From NCBI GenBank assembly GCA_002501805.1, contig DAOI01000004.1, forward strand, positions 1 through 60,388: DNA of 60,388 nt. The letters run 5' to 3'. The notes beneath the pieces are model-generated. The model was not told where the DNA came from and ran no database searches. It saw only the letters and a program-made list of their open reading frames with translations. A program made the position numbers and the translations under genes. Source of the DNA: Euryarchaeota archaeon UBA463 (GTDB taxonomy: Archaea > Thermoplasmatota > Poseidoniia > Poseidoniales > Thalassarchaeaceae). Of this stretch, positions 38,043-47,379 are shown piece after piece; within the stretch, counting starts at the first letter, position 1, and every line of letters begins with the position of its first letter.

Positions 38043-41000
38043 ATGCATCTAAAAAGAATAGAAGTCGAGAACTTCAAATCATTTGGCGGAGAGATGCTAA
38101 TTCCCTTTGACAAGGGATTCACTGCTATCACCGGCCCTAATGGGAGCGGTAAGTCCAACTCCGGTGACGCCATACAGTTCGTTTTAGGACCCAAGTCGAC
38201 CAAGGCACTCAGGGCCTCAAACGTCTCCGAACTAATCTTCAATGGAGGAGGTAGGGGGAAGGCTGCTAAGCATATGTCCGTAACCCTCGTTTTTGCCAAT
38301 GTGGCCGAACACGATGGCAGGAGAAGGCTGAGGATTGAGGAAGACGAGGTGTCCTTCACCAGATCCGTCAGGCTGAACAGAAAGGGTGACCCAATCTCAT
38401 CTTTCAGAATCGGAGATAAGCCGTCTAGTGCTACTGAGATGCGAAGAGTCCTTGCCGAAGCCGGACTCAGAGGGGACGGATACAACATAGTACTCCAGGG
38501 TGATGTTACCAATCTAGCCACAATGACTCCACACAAGAGAAGGGGGGTACTGGAAGACGTCGCCGGCGTCACAGCATATGATGATGAAATTCGACGAGCA
38601 ACAACTCAGAGAAAACACGTCGAGAGCAGTATAGAGACGATAGATCTTCTCGAAGACGATAAGAAGAAACAACTCAAACAACTTTCCAAGGAGAGAGAGC
38701 AAGCTCTCAAGTACAAGGAAATCAAGGAGGAATTTGACAATTCCCGAGTAACCCTATACCAATCCAGATACAGGAATCGTCTTGATGAGGTCAGTCTTCT
38801 TGGAAATGAGAGAACCAATTATTCAGAGAAAGTTAGTTTATTGGGATCTTCATTGGCGGATGGAAATAAGAAATTAGACTCTTTCGACACAGAGCTCGTC
38901 TCAGTTGAGTCCGAATTGAGAAAAGCTCTAGCCGGAGACGCTCAGAGAATTATGGAGAGTATCAGGCAACACGAGATTGAGATAGAAACAGGCTCTGATA
39001 GAATTGGAGATCAGAGAAAGATTATCTCAAACTCAAATGAGGAAATTACTACTCTCAAAAAGGAGCTAGAAAGAGCCATGGGGGCGAAAGATGAAGCCAA
39101 CGAAAAGCTCCTTACTGCTAAGAAATCTCTAGAAGATGCAGAACAGTCACTAATTGACTCAGCCAAGGAAGAGGCAGAAGCCAGAAAGGCAATAGAATCC
39201 GGTGATAAGTTCGCTAGAGATCTAAACAGGGCACTAGGAAAGGCCAGTGAAAGAGTGTCTGAGGCCCAAGATTCGTACGCGCAGGCTCAACTTGAGTCAG
39301 ATAGGGCCGAGCAAGCATCACAGCTGGCATCCGAGAACCTAGCGGATCTCGAGGAAAAGTTCGAGGAAGCAACCATGATCAAGGACGATCTAGAACTGAT
39401 CGGCAATGATATCCATGAAAATGGCCCTGAATCCGACAGGTCCTCATTAGCCGACGATCTAAGGAGTCTCCAAAAGCAAGAATCTGAATTGAGGTCAGAC
39501 AGGGACAGAGCAGAGATTAGGCTAAGGGATGCCGAAAGGGAGCTTAGCAAAGCAAAAGCACGCCAAGAGGCCAGGTCATCAGCTCCTGGTTCAGCAGTCA
39601 CTATCGCCGCCCTAACAAGGCTCAGGGAGAGTGGCCAGATTTCTGGAATATTGGGTACGCTGGGCGAACTTACGTCTCCGAAGGACCCATCCCACGAGGA
39701 AGCACTAGCAACGGCTCTAGGAAATGGTCTGAGAAGCATTGTCGTCAGAGATGACGAGGTCGCCGCGAAGTGTATCAAGTGGTTAAGGGAGAATAGCGGA
39801 GGAAGGGCTACATTTCTCCCCCTGAACAAGCTCAAAGTTTCTAGGCCTCAAGGAAGAACACTTCTTGTAGCCAGAAATCCCGGAATAATTGGATTCGCTC
39901 AAGATTTACTGGACTATGACCAAGAGGTAGAGATAGCAGTGATCTATGCCAGCAGGAACACACTACTTGTCCAATCGATGGAAGTGGCCAGAAATAACAT
40001 GGGAGGAGTCAGAATGGTGACTCTAGATGGCTCACTAATAGAGAGCTCAGGCGCAATGACAGGGGGGTCTAAATCTCGTGGAAATCGTCCATCATTTGGA
40101 GGTAGCGCAGGAGGGCACTCAAGTGTTGACAAGCATGAAAGATTGGTTCAGGAGTCAAACCTACTCTACTCCACCGTCGACGCCGCATTAAGAGAGACAA
40201 TGCTTAATCTCCAAGATCTCAGAAACAGGATTAACAATGTCGACGGCAGCGATCACTCAGTCAAACTTAGGAACTGGAAAGCCGATATGGACAGGGCTAC
40301 CAAATCACTTTCAGAGATAGAAAATAGGATGTCGGCCTCTAGATCCGAGTTCGAAACATGTGAAAACAACAAGTCTCTGAAGATATCAGAGGCAGAGCAA
40401 GCCAGAGTCGCCCTCGAGTCAGCGCTTCAGAATAGAACTGATGCCGCAGAGGCACTTCAAGACAACACCCCCGATCATCTTTCGGAGATACTCAGGTCTG
40501 CCGAAAGAGAGAGGACTGAAGCGGAGAGGACCAAGCTATCTTGCGAATCTTCAATATTGACAAACGAGAGTCAAATTGTTCTAATGAATCAGAGGGTCTC
40601 AGATATTGAAACAAGAATCTCTAAGCAAGAAGAAGAGATTAATATTGCACAACAATCAATATCTCAACTTGAGTCATCAATCTCTACTGCAAAATCAGAG
40701 TTAATTGAACTCAAGGGTAAATCAGAGCAATTCGATGAAGAGCACCAAATCCTAACGAATAGGAGAGACGAGCTTGTAGGTGAGAGGGCAAGTCTCAGGG
40801 CTACGCTGGACCAGCTATCCAAGGAGAGGGAGACTCTAAGGTCAAGAATAGATGAACTCAACTCCCAAATTAGTCAGAAGGCCACTTTGGCTGAAGAGAC
40901 TGCCGAAGAACTGGCAGATGCTGGTGTGGCCATTCCTTCCGAAGATATCCAACTACCAACTATTGCCGAGGCGGAGCGAGCGATGCAGGGGCTCGAACGC

Positions 41001-41975
41001 CGTCTCGGTAACCTTGGTAATGTGAATATGCTGGCTATTGACCAGTATGATGAGACCTCTGAGAGAATAGCCGCCCTTATCGAGGATGGCAAGACTCTCC
41101 GCTCCCGTAGAGATCATTTGGTCAGCATAGCTGAACAGCTAGAAAACGAGAGAAAAACTAGATTTATGACTGTCTTTGAGCATGTCAACAATAACTTCAG
41201 TAGGGTCTACGAGATTCTGCAACCCTCTGGATCAGGAAAACTGAGATTGGAAAACTCGAAGAATCCTTTCGAGGGCGGACTAGAGATGGCCTGTGTACCT
41301 CCAGGAAAGAGCAGAAATACTCGCAGATCCGCTCTATCCGGAGGAGAGAAGTCAATGGCGGCGCTCGCACTAATTTTTGCTATCCAAGACTACGAACCAA
41401 GCCCATTCTACTACTTTGACGAAGTAGACCAGAACTTGGACCCATTCAATTCAGGAAGAATCGCTACCCTGTGTAGGATAAGGAGTGAGAGGGCTCAGTT
41501 CATCATGGTAACACTGAGGAAGGTCAGTCTTTCTCTAGCAGATCATCACATCGGTATTACCCATGCTGGCGATGGATGTAGCAGGAGGATTACAGACTTT
41601 GATAGGGCCGCGGCTATAGAACTCAGCGAGGAGCTTGAAGCGGAGAAAAGGGCCCAGAAGGAATCCAAGGCTGAGAAAGATGCAATGCCAGATTTGCCAG
41701 ATCCTCGGGACATGCCTAAAGTTCCCGAACCTCTCCATACGCCTGCTAGCTTAGGTGGTCTAGCAGAAAGAGCAGGAATCGACACAGAGATTGATGGCGA
41801 TGAAACAGATTCTGCCGAGGAATCAGACTCGGTAATGGACTCCCTGAGGGAGAGGACCGGCGAATGGACTGAAGATATCGATGAGAAAGAAAAGGTAATT
41901 TTCCACGATACAGAAGATACTGAAGAGGCCATGGAGGACCCATCGCATCAACAAGTGGATGCCAATGAGGTGTGA
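38043..41975 (+). CDS. smc: SMC chromosome segregation ATPase, with an acidic C-terminal extension
   Basis: MHLKRIEVENFKSFG...ITGPNGSGKSN is the Walker A head. Long coiled coils and a hinge (GILGTLGEL...ALGNGLRSIVV) follow. LSGGEKSMAALALIFAIQ is the signature motif and FYYFDEVDQNLD is Walker B. AAGGTGA lies upstream of the ATG. Confidence 0.9.
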   Translation: MHLKRIEVENFKSFGGEMLIPFDKGFTAITGPNGSGKSNSGDAIQFVLGPKSTKALRASNVSELIFNGGGRGKAAKHMSVTLVFANVAEHDGRRRLRIEEDEVSFTRSVRLNRKGDPISSFRIGDKPSSATEMRRVLAEAGLRGDGYNIVLQGDVTNLATMTPHKRRGVLEDVAGVTAYDDEIRRATTQRKHVESSIETIDLLEDDKKKQLKQLSKEREQALKYKEIKEEFDNSRVTLYQSRYRNRLDEVSLLGNERTNYSEKVSLLGSSLADGNKKLDSFDTELVSVESELRKALAGDAQRIMESIRQHEIEIETGSDRIGDQRKIISNSNEEITTLKKELERAMGAKDEANEKLLTAKKSLEDAEQSLIDSAKEEAEARKAIESGDKFARDLNRALGKASERVSEAQDSYAQAQLESDRAEQASQLASENLADLEEKFEEATMIKDDLELIGNDIHENGPESDRSSLADDLRSLQKQESELRSDRDRAEIRLRDAERELSKAKARQEARSSAPGSAVTIAALTRLRESGQISGILGTLGELTSPKDPSHEEALATALGNGLRSIVVRDDEVAAKCIKWLRENSGGRATFLPLNKLKVSRPQGRTLLVARNPGIIGFAQDLLDYDQEVEIAVIYASRNTLLVQSMEVARNNMGGVRMVTLDGSLIESSGAMTGGSKSRGNRPSFGGSAGGHSSVDKHERLVQESNLLYSTVDAALRETMLNLQDLRNRINNVDGSDHSVKLRNWKADMDRATKSLSEIENRMSASRSEFETCENNKSLKISEAEQARVALESALQNRTDAAEALQDNTPDHLSEILRSAERERTEAERTKLSCESSILTNESQIVLMNQRVSDIETRISKQEEEINIAQQSISQLESSISTAKSELIELKGKSEQFDEEHQILTNRRDELVGERASLRATLDQLSKERETLRSRIDELNSQISQKATLAEETAEELADAGVAIPSEDIQLPTIAEAERAMQGLERRLGNLGNVNMLAIDQYDETSERIAALIEDGKTLRSRRDHLVSIAEQLENERKTRFMTVFEHVNNNFSRVYEILQPSGSGKLRLENSKNPFEGGLEMACVPPGKSRNTRRSALSGGEKSMAALALIFAIQDYEPSPFYYFDEVDQNLDPFNSGRIATLCRIRSERAQFIMVTLRKVSLSLADHHIGITHAGDGCSRRITDFDRAAAIELSEELEAEKRAQKESKAEKDAMPDLPDPRDMPKVPEPLHTPASLGGLAERAGIDTEIDGDETDSAEESDSVMDSLRERTGEWTEDIDEKEKVIFHDTEDTEEAMEDPSHQQVDANEV

Positions 41976-41977
41976 AG

Positions 41978-42982
41978 ATGGCGGTTCTAGATGGTCAAGC
42001 AATGAGAGACGATATCGTCTCAAGGCTACTAGGGGGAGAGCCCGACTTGGCAACTAGCAAGTATCTAGATAGAATCTCCGAATTAGCAGGTATGGAGGAG
42101 GCAGAGCATCAATTTCTAATCGACCCATTTGATAGGTCAGTAGCATTAGTTTTTCAGATGTTCCAGAGTAATGATTTGGATCCATGGGATGTAGACCTGT
42201 CTAGCTTCTTGGAAATGTTCTCAACTAGGATAGAGAGCTCCGAGAACATAGATTTGCCTACTTGTGGAAGATTGATCAGAATGGCTTGGTCAATTCTAAG
42301 AAACCAAGCATCCACACTAATCGAGAAGCAGGAGAGGGCCTTCGATTTTGATGAGGAGGATACATGGGATTTCGAAGGTGGTTGGGAAACCGATTTCGAT
42401 GATGACGATTACAACTTTTCAGTAGGGGTATTGTCTGGCGCTGCAGATGACGTTCTTCCCACCATCTTCGAAGGCAGGGTACATCGCGATGAAGGACGCC
42501 CTGTGACTCTAGGTGAATTGTTGATGGGATTGCAGGAAGCTGGAAGGCTGGCCGAGGAGCAAAGGACTAGGGAACGAATAGCTAAGGAGAGACGAGAGGC
42601 CCTTTCAACCGCTCGTGAGAGATTCAAAGGAAGCCTTCACGTAGAGGATTTAGAGGGAGATCTGGAGAGGACTTGGTACGCATTGAGAAACAGGGCTATC
42701 TCCGAGGATAAATCTGTAGGTCTGCAAGATGTATCAGAAGAGCTGATGTCAATGGCTCTAGATTCAGGAGTCGAACACGGGGAAGCAAAAGCAGAGGCCC
42801 AAGTAACGGCATTGGTCTCCGCTCTTTTCTTAACCAATAGGGGGTATACTGAATTGTCTCAGGAACCGGGTAGGAATGGCAAGGTAACTTTAGTCCCCCT
42901 ATGGGATGGAGAGGAGAGCTTCTCCGAGCTGACTGCGAAGCTCCACCCCGGAGAGGTCAAGGGAGTGAGATCAAATGAGTGA
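41978..42982 (+). CDS. scpA: segregation and condensation protein A (kleisin)
   Basis: It lies immediately after smc. NDLDPWDVDLSSFLEMF is a ScpA-type N-terminal motif, followed by an acidic linker and a C-terminal winged-helix-like region. GAGGTG lies 5 nt upstream of ATG 41978. Confidence 0.75.
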   Translation: MAVLDGQAMRDDIVSRLLGGEPDLATSKYLDRISELAGMEEAEHQFLIDPFDRSVALVFQMFQSNDLDPWDVDLSSFLEMFSTRIESSENIDLPTCGRLIRMAWSILRNQASTLIEKQERAFDFDEEDTWDFEGGWETDFDDDDYNFSVGVLSGAADDVLPTIFEGRVHRDEGRPVTLGELLMGLQEAGRLAEEQRTRERIAKERREALSTARERFKGSLHVEDLEGDLERTWYALRNRAISEDKSVGLQDVSEELMSMALDSGVEHGEAKAEAQVTALVSALFLTNRGYTELSQEPGRNGKVTLVPLWDGEESFSELTAKLHPGEVKGVRSNE

Positions 42983-43601
42983 GGGAACAAATCTGTCAAC
43001 CTTGCTAGAAGCAATTCTTTTCGGATCGGGCAGGTCGATGTCTGTAGATGAGCTAGCATCGCTTCTATCGTTGAGGAATTTCCAAATTTCAGAGGGATTG
43101 GAAGAATTGAAGGCTATCATGGATTCGAGAGAATCCTCAGCTCTCCAATTGACAGACGTTTCTGGAAGGTGGATAATTGAGGTCAAACCAGATATCTCTC
43201 CTTTCCTGCCAGAGTCATTCAAGCCAGAGATCCCACAAAGGCTTCTTCCAGCGGCGGCACTCATAGCCTATCATCAACCAATGCCACAGGCGCAATTACG
43301 AGATATGCTTGGGCCCAAAGCCTATGATCATGTCAGAGACCTAGCAAGTCTTGGCCTAATAGACAAGAGAAGGGATGGGCTGACAAGGAGGCTGACCACT
43401 ACAAGGAGGTTCGCAGAGTACTTCGGTTGCCCAGAAATCGAATACAGGAAAGTTAGAGCATGGTTCAGAGATGAAGCATCAAAGCTTGGTTTGACCAGCG
43501 CCCAATTGGCAGCATCACTTGCTCCAGACGAACAGATGACAATTTCTGAGTTTACCGGAGAAGATGGACAAAAAGAAATTGATGCCCAGGCAGAAGAATA
43601 G
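42975..43601 (+). CDS. scpB: segregation and condensation protein B
   Basis: LLEAILFGSGRSMSVDELA is the ScpB N-terminal signature. AALIAYHQPMPQAQLRDMLG is the second winged helix. The gene overlaps the scpA end. Confidence 0.75.
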   Translation: MSEGTNLSTLLEAILFGSGRSMSVDELASLLSLRNFQISEGLEELKAIMDSRESSALQLTDVSGRWIIEVKPDISPFLPESFKPEIPQRLLPAAALIAYHQPMPQAQLRDMLGPKAYDHVRDLASLGLIDKRRDGLTRRLTTTRRFAEYFGCPEIEYRKVRAWFRDEASKLGLTSAQLAASLAPDEQMTISEFTGEDGQKEIDAQAEE

Positions 43602-43602
43602 T

Positions 43603-44778
43603 CTACCAGCCGTGACTCTTGCCAGCCCCTCTGTGTCCAATTATCCTAGGACTGCCCCATGGGATGCCATTCTCGTGGTCACGGTTCCAACTTTCTTCAG
43701 AACCCTCCCATAGCATTCTCCTACCTTGATCCGTGATAATATCAGTCTTTCTTTTACTTCCTAATTCTGCCCATGAAGGCAGACTATCTCCTGCCTCTTT
43801 TATCAAATCGGACCTTTCGAGAAGTGTTGACGATCTAAGCCTATTCTCCCACTCCTCATCGAGTGGCTGACTAGCGGGTCTTGGCCATCTGTAACTGCCA
43901 TCAGGCTTCGTAACCACATCCGGATTCATATTATCTGAAACTATCGAAACTCCAGCATTAATCAGAGAGTCCTCAAGCTCCAAAGGGCCAGGCCAGACAA
44001 AAACCCCCATTCCTCTCAAAGATTTATGTAATTTCTCAAGCCCCTTGCCCTCTAATCCTACTTTAGGCCCGAATCTGGTATATTTTTCCCACCCCTTAAG
44101 ATACTCCAATGCCATCCCAATTGAACTCATTCCTTCGGATCTGAATGTTTTAGCGATATAGGGGACAGAAGTCATGACGAATTGGGGAATAGCAAATGCT
44201 CTCTTGACTCTCCAATACCTGCCCCATGGACGTATCTTGGGGACTAGCTGGGTTACTGCAAAATCAAACTCAATACTCTTTGAAACTACACATAATCTAG
44301 GTGAAAAACTGGAAACAATTGTAGATCGGGATGGCAATTCAAAACCGTTTGTCATTGATGATATTCTCTCCATGACAGATTCTAGATAATCATCATCATT
44401 CTTTCCTACCGTCGGATGGGGCATCTTGATTTCTATGTCGACAGTCTTACTTCCCGACTTCCACTTCTCCAAGAAATCCTTATCATTTACGAGCTTATTG
44501 AAAGTTAGAACTCCATGCTTTTGCAACTCATCTGTGTACATGTTTTCGATACATCTTGGCTTTATCGAACCAGAGCCAGGGACGAACTCATCATGGAATA
44601 TCACAAGCTCCCCATCTGCACTCATCCTCAAATCAAACTCAATCCCATCAGAGAACTCCATCCCATGTTTAAGGGCGTCTAAAGAATTCTCAGCTGGTTG
44701 ACTCCACATATGACTGCCAATCTTCCAGAACATGAGGAGGCAATTAATGCAATCTGAGAAAATATAGGTACGTGACAA
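43603..44778 (-). CDS. glycerophosphodiester phosphodiesterase (GDPD)-family protein, atypical
   Basis: PAENSLDALKHGMEFSDGIEFDLRMSADGELVIFHDE is the GDPD core. The N-terminal HRG position reads KIGSHMW, and the protein ends ...PRIIGHRGAGKSHGW. The start is TTG 44778 (GAGGT 8 nt upstream) or ATG 44733. Confidence 0.6.
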   Translation of the reverse strand: MSRTYIFSDCINCLLMFWKIGSHMWSQPAENSLDALKHGMEFSDGIEFDLRMSADGELVIFHDEFVPGSGSIKPRCIENMYTDELQKHGVLTFNKLVNDKDFLEKWKSGSKTVDIEIKMPHPTVGKNDDDYLESVMERISSMTNGFELPSRSTIVSSFSPRLCVVSKSIEFDFAVTQLVPKIRPWGRYWRVKRAFAIPQFVMTSVPYIAKTFRSEGMSSIGMALEYLKGWEKYTRFGPKVGLEGKGLEKLHKSLRGMGVFVWPGPLELEDSLINAGVSIVSDNMNPDVVTKPDGSYRWPRPASQPLDEEWENRLRSSTLLERSDLIKEAGDSLPSWAELGSKRKTDIITDQGRRMLWEGSEESWNRDHENGIPWGSPRIIGHRGAGKSHGW

Positions 44779-44819
44779 TACTCATTACCTCTCTGCCTCT
44801 ACGGAGCTTAGGTATTGTC

Positions 44820-46595
44820 ATGTCAGAAGCAGAATTGGACCGCGCGTCCGAGCCATTGGAAGTGCGTGGATATTGTATGTATGATTGGGGAAAATCAGCG
44901 TTCGAGACTAGCGTCGTCTCTGCTATTTTCCCTACTTGGTTCGCGTTTCTATTCCTGGAGGCCAACGGACTGAACACCACTATCGCAGGCATCACCATGG
45001 AGGGGGATGCATTAATCGCGTACCTCGTTGCACTGGGAACTTGGGCTGTAGCGATAGTTGCACCTGCTCTTGGCGTGATCGCAGATTACAAGCCTGTGAA
45101 GATGAGTTGGCTCAGAATCCTCACCTACGTAGGTGCCGGAGCGACATTCATGCTAGGATTCGATTTCTTAATGCCCGGGAATGAGTGGATATGGCTGTTA
45201 ATCTTCTACTTCATAGCAAATATTGGCCTAAACGCAGCAGGAGTATTCTACAACGCATTACTCCCTCATCTCGGTACTGATGATGAGATGGATGACATCT
45301 CTAACAGGGCCTACGCCTATGGGTATCTAGGTGGTGGACTTCTACTTGTGGTACATCTTGGACTAGTTCTAGGAATCGGAGGAGACGCAGTTATCAGATT
45401 CTGCCTAGCTTCATCTGGAGTATGGTGGTTCGGTTTTGCACTTATCACTTTCAAGTACGTACCAGAGCCTCCAATGGAAAATGATAAGCAAGTCCCAAAC
45501 ATCAGAGAGGCCTACTCCCAAGTCTGGACCACACTAAAGGAGTACGATAAATTCAGGACACTATTCATCTACATGCTAGCATACTTCTTCTTCATAGATG
45601 CGATCAACACCGTATGGGCAGTAGGGCCAATATTCGGCGCTGTCGTTCTGGGAGTATCAACCACTGAATTAATGATCACTATAGTCTTGATTCAGTTCGT
45701 CGCTTGGCCATGTGCACTACTATTCACAAGGTTGGCCAATGCATGGGGAACCAAGAAAGCGCTAAATGCGTCCTTGATCGGATGGCTGGTGCTAAGCTTC
45801 GCAATTCTTGGTTTTGCACCTCTGGAACTAGACTCCCACGATGATTTTGAGGTAATGTATGATTGGGATGAAGAATCTCAGTCTTACCAGGTTCATGTCA
45901 ATTACTATGCCAGCGAGATAGCTCAGAAGCTGGACTTCGAAGATGGCGAGTTTGATGAGCAAAAATGGGCCAGTGATTTCTCCGAAATGCTCCCCGTTGA
46001 ATTTGAAGAAAGGACCGGGACATACAAATGGGCATATGGCGAGTCATCAGAAGAAAAGCTACTCTTCCCAGTTGTGGGCGATATTTCTACAATCCTAGCA
46101 TCAATATCAGATTCAAGGTTCAGTATCAGCGTTTCTGGAGGGCCTCTAGACGCCTCCTCCAATGTCGGAATGGATCATCCATCCAGTTTGGGTGACGGAG
46201 CTCTAGACGCAATTCCAGAAACAGTAAGGAAACACGTTTGGGAGCCCTTGGGCATAGAGATTGGAATGCAATTCATGATACTGGGAATGATGATTGGTAC
46301 TCTATTTGGGGGCTCCCAAGGACTGTCTAGAAGTATCTTCGGACAGATGATACCGGAGACGAGGAGCACAGAGTTCTTCGGATTCTTCGGGTTCTTCGGA
46401 AAGGTAGCTGCCGCCGTAGGGCCACTACTATATGCCACTATGACAGTAATGTTCGACAGTAGGGTCGGCGTACTAAGTATCGCCGTACTCATTGCGATCG
46501 GAGTCTTACTAATGAGATATGTGGATGTCGAACAGGGCCGGGCAGATGCAAGGGCCGAAGATGCTAGGAACCGTGGAATCTCTACTGACTCCTAG
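44820..46595 (+). CDS. MFS transporter, UMF1/Atg22-like family, with a large acidic soluble insertion
   Basis: GYCMYDWGKSAFETSVVSAIFPTWF matches the UMF1 N-terminal motif, and there are multiple TM helices. A ~140 aa non-hydrophobic insert runs from DSHDDFEVMYDWDEE to IPETVRKHVWEP. ATG 44820 is preferred over the track start 44772. Confidence 0.7.
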   Translation: MSEAELDRASEPLEVRGYCMYDWGKSAFETSVVSAIFPTWFAFLFLEANGLNTTIAGITMEGDALIAYLVALGTWAVAIVAPALGVIADYKPVKMSWLRILTYVGAGATFMLGFDFLMPGNEWIWLLIFYFIANIGLNAAGVFYNALLPHLGTDDEMDDISNRAYAYGYLGGGLLLVVHLGLVLGIGGDAVIRFCLASSGVWWFGFALITFKYVPEPPMENDKQVPNIREAYSQVWTTLKEYDKFRTLFIYMLAYFFFIDAINTVWAVGPIFGAVVLGVSTTELMITIVLIQFVAWPCALLFTRLANAWGTKKALNASLIGWLVLSFAILGFAPLELDSHDDFEVMYDWDEESQSYQVHVNYYASEIAQKLDFEDGEFDEQKWASDFSEMLPVEFEERTGTYKWAYGESSEEKLLFPVVGDISTILASISDSRFSISVSGGPLDASSNVGMDHPSSLGDGALDAIPETVRKHVWEPLGIEIGMQFMILGMMIGTLFGGSQGLSRSIFGQMIPETRSTEFFGFFGFFGKVAAAVGPLLYATMTVMFDSRVGVLSIAVLIAIGVLLMRYVDVEQGRADARAEDARNRGISTDS

Positions 46596-47364
46596 TCAGG
46601 CTATTGAAAATAAGTGCCAGCTCTATTAGGACTAGGACAGGCCCCGCAACAAGAAACATCGACAAAGGATCAGGGGGGGAAAGAAAGGCCCCGAAAGCCA
46701 TACCAAGGAACCATAGTACTCCTCTATTCTTCCTGATTCCATCGCCACTCACTATCTCGTATCTGAGAAGTAAGAGAATAATTATTGGGACCTGAAAGCC
46801 GAAAATTGAAGCGAAGTAAAGTCCACTGACGAAACCAACCCACGATTGTAACTGCCAGGTGGAGCTCAGATTTGCAGCAGATGCATCTTCAGAGAGGTAA
46901 TCGAGAAGCAGAGGGACCAATATCTCATGAGAATAAAGAGCCCCTAAGAGGGCTAGGGACAATGCTGAAATCAGAACTATGGCGAAATCCCCAATGCTAC
47001 TCCTAACTCCCATATCCGATCTCTTCGCCTTGGCAAAAATCTTCTTGCCATTCCAAGATATATCGCAAATTACAAAAATTACGGATATGATAACGCCCAG
47101 CTGAAACCCTATCCTCAATCTTAGTAGAACCGCCTCCATGGGATGCAGAATGATTACCTCAACCCCATCAGGCCTGTAGTCCGAAGATTCCAGAAGTATC
47201 TCTATAGCTCTGCCGGCAAGTGGATAGCCGCCTATGAATCCCACTCCAAAAATGGCTATCAAAAGAAAGGCCCTACTTCTTAGATGACCAATTAGTCCCC
47301 GTAGCTCGGCGCGTGGAAGTAGGTCTCCCACGGCGGTCTCCATGCTAGCGCGTGAGGGTTCCAT
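46582..47364 (-). CDS. tatC: twin-arginine translocase subunit TatC
   Basis: GHLRSRAFLLIAIFGVGFIGGYPLA, a six-TM layout and FLSPPDPLSM (TatC P-P-D motif) are present. No tatA lies in the window. Confidence 0.8.
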   Translation of the reverse strand: MEPSRASMETAVGDLLPRAELRGLIGHLRSRAFLLIAIFGVGFIGGYPLAGRAIEILLESSDYRPDGVEVIILHPMEAVLLRLRIGFQLGVIISVIFVICDISWNGKKIFAKAKRSDMGVRSSIGDFAIVLISALSLALLGALYSHEILVPLLLDYLSEDASAANLSSTWQLQSWVGFVSGLYFASIFGFQVPIIILLLLRYEIVSGDGIRKNRGVLWFLGMAFGAFLSPPDPLSMFLVAGPVLVLIELALIFNSLTRSQ

Positions 47365-47379
47365 AGGTCAATACATCGC

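Noticed and set aside
38030-39835. Long antisense ORFs inside smc (38030..38572 and 39287..39835). There are similar ones inside atpE (27057..27533), Pelota (8697..9134), fhs (7621..8091), panE (35683..36195), OYE (3297..3803), CPF (12075..12653) and ubiE (23598..24068)
   Set aside because: Each is fully nested opposite a gene with unambiguous family motifs. All are Ser/Ala/Pro/Leu-rich, as expected for shadow frames of Glu/Asp/Lys-rich genes. None has an SD or TATA signal, and none resembles a known family.
46375-46401. Short tandem nucleotide repeat TTCTTCGGATTCTTCGGGTTCTTCGGA (FFGFFGFFG) inside the MFS gene
   Set aside because: Only three imperfect 9-nt units are present, in frame within a hydrophobic segment. 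This is most simply a Gly/Phe-rich TM helix, not a microsatellite or regulatory repeat.
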